From Eledone cirrhosa (taxonomy: Eukaryota), in contig OZ024741.1 in NCBI GenBank assembly GCA_964016885.1, forward strand, positions 245,272,001 through 245,336,000: a stretch of 64,000 nucleotides of DNA. The letters are read 5' to 3'. Position 1 is the stretch's first letter. Each line of letters opens with the position of its first letter. The position numbers and the translations under genes are program-made. Positions 56,901-64,000 of this stretch are shown here, piece after piece. Below the pieces are notes generated by a model. It was not told the DNA's origin and did no database searches. It saw only the letters and a list, made by a program, of their open reading frames with translations.

Positions 56901-59900
56901 TTTTTAATGGATTTTTAATGGATTTTTTTAAATTGATTTTTTTTAATGGATTTTTTTTAATGGATTTTTTTAATGGGTTTTTTTAATGGGTTTTTTAAAT
57001 GGATTTTTTAATGGATTTTTAATGGATTTTTAATGGATTTTTAATGGGTTTTTAATGGATTTTTTAAATGGATTTTTTTAATGGATTTTTTTTAATGGGT
57101 TTTTTAAATGGATTTTTTTAATGGATTTTTAATGTATTTTTAATGGATTTTTAATGGGTTTTTAATGGATTTTTTAAATGGATTTTTTTAATGGATTTTT
57201 TAAATTGATTTTTTTTAATGGGTTTTTTTAAATGGATTTTTTTTAATGGATTTTTTAAATGGATTTTTTAATGGCTTTTTTTAATGGGTTTTTTAAATGG
57301 ATTTTTTAATGGATTTTTAATGGATTTTTAATGCATTTTTAATGGATTTTTAATGGATTTTTTAATGAGTTTTTTAAATGGATTTTTTTAATGGATTTTT
57401 AATGGATTTTTTTCTATGGATTTTTTTAATGGATTTTTTTTAATGGATTTTTTTTTTAATGGATTTTTTTTTAATGGGTTTTTTTAATGGCTTTTTTAAA
57501 TGGATTTTTTTAATGGATTTTTTTAATGGATTTTTTTAATGGTTTTTTTAAATGGATTTTTTAATGGATTTTTAATGGATTTTTAATGGATTTTTAATGG
57601 GTTTTTAATGGATTTTTTTAAATGGATTTTTTTAATGGATTTTTAATGGATTTTTTTAATGGATTTTTTTTAATGGTTTCTTTTAATGGATTTTTTTTTA
57701 ATGGATTTTTTTTAATGGGTTTTTTTTAATGGATTTTTTTTAATGGAATTTTTAAATGGATTTTTTTAATGGATTTTTTTTAATGGGTTTTTTTAAATGG
57801 ATTTTTTTTAATGGATTTTTTAAATGAATTTTTTTAATGGATTTTTTTAATGGGTTTTTTAAATGGATTTTTTAATGGATTTTTAATGGATTATTAATGG
57901 GTTTTTAATGGATTTTTTAATGGATTTTTTTAAATGAATTTTTTTAATGGATTTTTAATGGATTTTTTTTAATGGATTTTTTTAATGGATTTTTTAATGG
58001 ATTTTTTTATGGATTTTTTTTAATGGATTTTTTTTAATGGATTTTTTAAATGGATTTTTTTAATGGATTTTTTTAATGGGTTTTTTTAATGGATTTCTTT
58101 TTAATGGATTTATTAAATGGATTTTTTTAATGGATTTTTTTAATGGGTTTTTTAAATGGATTTTTTAATGTATTTTTAATGGATTTTTAATGGATTTTTA
58201 ATGGGTTTTTAATGGATTTTTTTAAATGGATTTTTTTAATGGATTTATAATGGATTTTTTTAATGGATTTTTTTTAATGGGTTTTTTTTAATGGATTTTT
58301 TTTTAATGGATTTTTTTTAATGGGTTTTTTTTTTTAATGGATTTTTTTTAATGGATTTTTTAAATGGATTTTTTTAATGGATTTTTTTTAATGGGTTTTT
58401 TTTAATGGATTTTTTAATGGATTTTTTTAAATGGATTTTTTTAATGGATTTTTAATGGATTTTTTTTAATGGATTTTTTAATGGATTTTTTAATGGATTT
58501 TTTTTAATGGATTTTTTTTAATGGATTTTTTAAATGGATTTTTTTAATGGATTTTTTTAATGGGTTTTTTTAATGGATTTTTTTTTAATGGATTTTTTAA
58601 ATGGATTTGTTTTAATGGATTTTTTTTAATGGGTTTTTTTAATGGATTTTTAATGGATTTTTAATGGATTTTTAATGGATTTTTAATGGGTTTTTAATGG
58701 ATTTTTTTAAATGGATTTTTTTAATGGATTTTTAATGGATTTTTTTAAATTGATTTTTTTTAATGGATTTTTTTTTAATGGATTTTTTTTTAATGGATTT
58801 TTTTTAATGGTTTTTTTTAATGGGTTTTTTTAATGGATTTTTTAATGGATTTTTAATGGATTTTTAATGGGTTTTTAATGGATTTTTTTAAATGGATTTT
58901 TTTAATGGATTTTTAATGGATTTTTTTAAATTGATTTTTTTAATGGGTTTTTTTAATGGCTTTTTTTAATGGGTTTTTTTAATGGCTTTTTTAAATGGAT
59001 TTTTTTAATGGATTTTTTTAATGGATTTTTTTAATGGGTTTTTTAAATGGATTTTTTAATGGATTTTTTTAAATGGATTTTTTTAATGGATTTTTAATGG
59101 ATTTTTTTAAATTGATTTTTTTTAATGGATTTTTTTTATTGGATTTTTTTTTTAATGGATTTTTTTAATGGGTTTTTTAAATGGATTTTTTAATGGATTT
59201 TTAATGGATTTTTAATGGATTTTTAATGGGTTTTTAATGGATTTTTAAATGGATTTTTTTAATGGATTTTTTTTAATGGGTTTTTTAAATGGATTTTTTT
59301 AATGGATTTTTAATGGATTTTTAATGGATTTTTAATGGGTTTTTAATGGATTTTTTAAATGGATTTTTTTATTGGATTTTTAATGGATTTTTTAAATTGA
59401 TTTTTTTTAATGGGTATTTTTAAATGGATTTTTTTTAATGGATTTTTTAAATGGATTTTTTAATGGCTTTTTTAAATGGGTTTTTTAAATGGATTTTTTA
59501 ATGGATTTTTAATGGATTTTTAATGGATTTTTAATGGATTTTTAATAGATTTTTTAATGACTTTTTTAAATGGATTTTTTTAATGGATTTTTAATGGATT
59601 TTTTTTAATGGATTTTTTTTAATGGATTTTTTTTAATGGATTTTTTTTTTTTAATGGATTTTTTTTTAATGGGTTTTTTTAATGGCTTTTTTAAATGGAT
59701 TTTTTTAATGGATTTTTTTAATGGGTTTTTTAAATGGATTTTTTAATGGATTTTTAATGGATTTTTAATGGATTTTTAATGGGTTTTTAATGGATTTTTT
59801 TTAAATGGATTTTTTTAATGGATTTTTAATGGATTTTTTTAATGGATTTTTTTTAATGAGTTTTTTTTAATGGATTTTTTTTTAATGGATTTTTTTTAAT

Positions 59901-60300
59901 GGGTTTTTTAATGGATTTTTTTAATGGATTTTTTAAATGGATTTTTTTAATGGATTTTTTTTAATGGGTTTTTTTAAATGGATTTTTTTTAATGGATTTT
60001 TTAAATGAATTTTTTTAATGGATTTTTTTAATCGGTTTTTTAAATGGATTTTTTAATGGATTTTTAATGGATTTTAATGGGTTTTTAATGGATTTTTTAA
60101 TGGATTTTTTTAAATGGATTTTTTTAATGGATTTTTAATGGATTTTTTTTAATGGATTTTTTTAATGGATTTTTTAATGGATTTTTTTATGGATTTTTTT
60201 TAATGGATTTTTTTTAATGGATTTTTTAAATGGATTTTTTTAATGGATTTTTTTAATGGGTTTTTTTTAATGGATTTTTTTTTAATGGATTTTTTAAATG
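51000..60300 (+). repeat. Two tandem copies of a ~4.9-5.0 kb higher-order unit (3.45 kb unit plus additional sequence)
   Basis: ATGCAT 52296/57331 and TTCAATGG 51804/56839 (+5035). GGGTATTT 54520/59416 and AATCGGT 55137/60033 (+4896, after a ~130 bp deletion near 58.4 kb). Confidence 0.83.
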
Positions 60301-61019
60301 GATTTTTTTAATGGATTTTTTTTAATGGGTTTTTTAAATGGATTTTTTTATGGATTTTTAATGGATTTTTAATGGATTTTTAATGGGTTTTTAATGGATT
60401 TTTTTAAATGGATTTTTTTAATGGATTTTTAATGGATTTTTTTAAATTGATTTTTTTTAGTGGATTTTTTTTTAATGGATTTTTTTTTAATGGATTTTTT
60501 TTTAATGGATTTTTTTTAATGGGTTTTTTAAATGGATTTTTTAATGGATTTTTAATGGATTTTTAATGGGTTTTTAATGGATTTTTTTAAATGGATTTTT
60601 TTAATGGATTTTTAATGGATTTTTTTAAATTGATTTTTTTAATGGGTTTTTTTTAATGGCTTTTTTTAATGGGTTTTTTTAATGGCTTTTTTAAATGGAT
60701 TTTTTTAATGGATTTTTTTAATGGATTTTTTTTAATGGGTTTTTTAAATGGATTTTTTAATGGATTTTTTTAAATGGATTTTTTTAATGGATTTTTAATG
60801 GATTTTTTTAAATTGATTTTTTTTGGATTTTTTTTAATGGATTTTTTTTTTTATGGATTTTTTTAATGGGTTTTTTTAATGGCTTTTTTAAATGGATTTT
60901 TTAATGGATTTTTTTAATGGATTTTTCTTAATGGGTTTTTTAAATGGATTTTTTAATGGATTTTTAATGGATTTTTAATGGATTTTTAATGGGTTTTTAA
61001 TGGATTTTTTAAATGGATT

Positions 61020-62710
61020 TTTTTAATGGATTTTTTTTAATGGGTTTTTAAATGGATTTTTTTAATGGATTTTTAATGGATTTTTAATGGATTTTTAATG
61101 GGTTTTTAATGGATTTTTTAAATGGATTTTTTTAATGGATTTTTAATGGATTTTTTAAATTGATTTTTTTTAATGGGTTTTTTTAAATGGATTTTTTTTA
61201 ATGGATTTTTTAAATGGATTTTATAATGGCTTTTTTTAATGGGTTTTTTAAATAGATTTTTTAATGAATTTTTAATGGATTTTTAATGGATTTTTAATGG
61301 ATTTTTTAATGACTTTTTTTAAATGGATTTTTTTAATGGATTTTTAATGGATTTTTTTTAATGGATTTTTTTTAATGGATTTTTTAATGGATTTTTTTTT
61401 TTTTATGGATTTTTTTTAATGGGTTTTTTTAATGGCTTTTTTAAATGGATTTTTTTAATGGATTTTTTTAATGGATTTTTTAAATGGGTTTTTTAAATGG
61501 ATTTTTTAATGTATTTTTAATGGATTTTTAATGGATTTTTAATGGTTTTTTAATGGATTTTTAATGGATTTTTTTAATGGATTTTTAATGGATTTTTTTA
61601 ATGGATTTTTTTTAATGGGTTTTTTTAATGGATTTTTTTTAATGAATTTTTTTTAATGGGTTTTTTTTTAATGGATTTTTTTTAATGGATTTTTTAAATG
61701 GATTTTTTTAATGGGTTTTTTTATAGGGTTTTTTTAAATGGATTTTTTTAAATGGATTTTTTAAATGAATTTTTTTAATGGATTTTTTTAATGGGTTTTT
61801 TAAATGGATTTTTTAATGGATTTTTAATGGATTTTTAATGGGTTTTTAATGGATTTTTTAATGGATTTTTTTAAATGGATTTTTTTAATGGATTTTTAAT
61901 GGATTTGTTTTAATGGATTTTTTTAATGGATTTTTTAATGGATTTTTTTATGGATTTTTTTTAATGGATTTTTTTTAATGGATTTTTTAAATGGATTTTT
62001 TTAATGGATTTTTTTAATGGATTTTTTTTAATGGGTTTTTTTAAATGGATTTTTTTTAATGGATTTTTTAAATTAATTTTTTTAATGGATTTTTTTAATG
62101 GGTTTTTTTAAATGGATTTTTTTTAATGGATTTTTTAAATGAATTTTTTTAATGGATTTTTTTAATGGGTTTTTTAAATGGATTTTTTAATGGATTTTTA
62201 ATGGATTTTTAATGGGTTTTTAATGGATTTTTTAATGGATTTTTTTAAATGGATTTTTATAATGGATTTTTAATGGATTTTTTTTAATGGATTTTTTTAA
62301 TGGATTTTTTAATGGATTTTTTTATGGATTTATTTTAATGGATTTTTTTAATGGATTTTTTAAATTGATTTTTTTAATGGATTTTTTTAATGGGTTTTTT
62401 TTAATGGATTTTTTTTTAATGGATTTTTTAAATGGATTTTTTAATGTATTTTTAATGGATTTTTAATGGATTTTTAATGGGTTTTTAATGGATTTTTTTA
62501 AATGGATTTTTTTAATGGATTTTTAATGGATTTTTTTAATGGATTTTTTTTAATGGGTTTTTTTTAATGGATTTTTTTTTAATGGATTTTTTTTAATGGG
62601 TTTTTTTTTTAATGGATTTTTTTTAATGGATTTTTTAAATGGATTTTTTTAATGGATTTTTTTTAATGGGTTTTTTTAAATGGATTTTTTTAAATGGATT
62701 TTTTTTAATG
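61020..62710 (+). repeat. Partner copy of the 42640-44330 block
   Basis: Same rare markers in the same order at offset 18,377-18,390. Confidence 0.85.
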
Positions 62711-64000
62711 GATTTTTTAAATGAATTTTTTTAATGGATTTTTTTAATGGGTTTTTTAAATGGATTTTTTAATGGATTTTTAATGGATTTTTAATGGGTT
62801 TTTAATGGATTTTTTAATGGATTTTTTTAAATGGATTTTTTTAATGGATTTTTAATGGATTTTTTTTAATGGATTTTTTTAATGGATTTTTTAATGGATT
62901 TTTTTTAATGGGTTTTTTTAAATGGATTTTTTTTAATGGATTTTTTAAATTAATTTTTTTAATGGATTTTTTTAATGGGTTTTTTTAAATGGATTTTTTT
63001 TAATGGATTTTTTAAATGAATTTTTTTAATGGATTTTTTTAATGGGTTTTTTAAATGGATTTTTTAATGGATTTTTAATGGATTTTTAATGGGTTTTTAA
63101 TTGGATTTTTTAATGGATTTTTTTAAATGGATTTTTATAATGGATTTTTAATGGATTTTTTTTAATGGATTTTTTTAATGGATTTTTTAATGGATTTTTT
63201 TATGGATTTTTTTTAATGGATTTTTTTTAATGGATTTTTTAAATGGATTTTTTAAATGTATTTTTTTAATGGATTTTTTTAATGGATTTCTTTTTAATGG
63301 ATTTTTTAAATGGATTTTTTTAATGGATTTTTTTAATGGGTTTTTTAAATGGATTTTTTAATGTATTTTTAATGGATTTTTAATGGATTTTTAATGGGTT
63401 TTTAATGGATTTTTTTAAATGGATTTTTTTAATGGATTTTTAATGGATTTTTTTAATGGATTTTTTTTAATGGGTTTTTTTTTAATGGATTTTTTTTAAT
63501 GGATTTTTTTTTTAATGGATTTTTTTTAATGGATTTTTTAAATGGATTTTTTTAATGGATTTTTTTTAATGGGTTTTTTTTTTATGGATTTTTTTTAATG
63601 GATTTTTAATGGATTTTTTAATGACTTTTTTTAAATGTATTTTTTTAATGGATTTTTAATGGATTTTTTTTAATGGATTTTTTTTTTTTAATGGATTTTT
63701 TTTAATGGGTTTTTTTAATGGCTTTTTTAAATGGATTTTTTTAATGGATTTTTTTAATGGATTTTTTTAATGGGTTTTTTAAATGGATTTTTTACTGGAT
63801 TTTTAATGGATTTTTAATGGATTTTTTATGGGTTTTTAATGGATTTTTTTAATGGATTTTTTTAATGGATTTTTAACGGATTTTTTTAATGGATTTTTTT
63901 TAATGGGTTTTTTTTAATGGATTTTTTTTTAATGGATTTTTTTTAATGGGTTTTTTTAATGGATTTTTTTTAATGGATTTTTTAAATGGATTTTTTTAAT

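Larger units (their letters stand above)
1..64000. repeat. Tandem satellite array, monomer AATGGA(T)5-10 (~13 bp), head-to-tail, single orientation; extends beyond both window edges
   Basis: Every line consists of AATGG[A/G/C/T] followed by a T run. No unique sequence and no inverted (CCATT on +) segment seen. The + strand is T-rich and almost free of C. Confidence 0.99.
42331..64000. repeat. Satellite sub-domain B (higher-order repeat family B)
   Basis: Different diagnostic variants: AAAAGGA (44301, 47464, 50919), AATGAGT (45435, 48891, 52334, 57369), GGAATTTTT (45235, 48691, 52134), GGATTATTAA (45972, 49428, 52870, 57893), AATCGGT (55137, 60033), ATAGGG (43346, 61723). Confidence 0.8.

Noticed and set aside
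1-64000. CRISPR-like array
   Set aside because: There are no unique spacers, units are only ~13 bp, and there are no cas genes or leader.
1-64000. TAATG stop/start overlaps giving mini-ORFs (M-D-F-stop) and slippery heptamers (TTTTTTA, GGGTTTT, TTTAAAT)
   Set aside because: These follow automatically from the monomer sequence. There is no promoter, ribosome-binding context, stimulatory structure or long frame to support translation or recoding.
1-64000. TTAA (piggyBac target) sites and T-runs resembling Pol III or intrinsic terminators
   Set aside because: No inserted element, terminal inverted repeats, hairpins or upstream genes are present. These motifs are intrinsic to the repeat.
1-64000. 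G-quadruplex potential or canonical telomere repeat
   Set aside because: The G runs are mostly GG with isolated GGG separated by long loops. No TTAGGG, TTTAGGG or TTAGG arrays were seen.
1-64000. T-run variation as pure sequencing error
   Set aside because: Run lengths are reproduced across distant duplicated blocks. Individual single-T differences between copies may still be errors.

Overview
The whole 64,000-bp window is one uninterrupted, single-orientation, very AT-rich tandem satellite. The monomer is AATGGA(T)n, with n usually 5-10 and occasionally up to about 15. Units are mostly 11-16 bp with a mode near 13 bp, so roughly 4,900 units by length estimate. The minus strand reads (A)nTCCATT. 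Common variants are AATGGG, AATGGC, AATGGT, AAATGGA, AAATTGA and AATGAA. I see no credible gene, RNA gene, transposon or CRISPR array, and the two 60-aa ORFs are chance read-throughs of the repeat. The information lies in the higher-order organisation. T-run lengths and rare point variants are copied faithfully across kilobase blocks, which reveals nested duplications of about 0.27, 0.8, 0.88, 1.87, 2.9-3.2, 3.45, 4.9-5.0, 5.2-5.6, 10.7, 17.7 and 18.4 kb. There are two sub-domains with different diagnostic variants, meeting near 42.3 kb. This looks like eukaryotic heterochromatic satellite DNA (centromeric, pericentromeric or subtelomeric), but neither species nor chromosomal location can be determined from the sequence. 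All offsets were read by eye from marker variants, so block edges are approximate.
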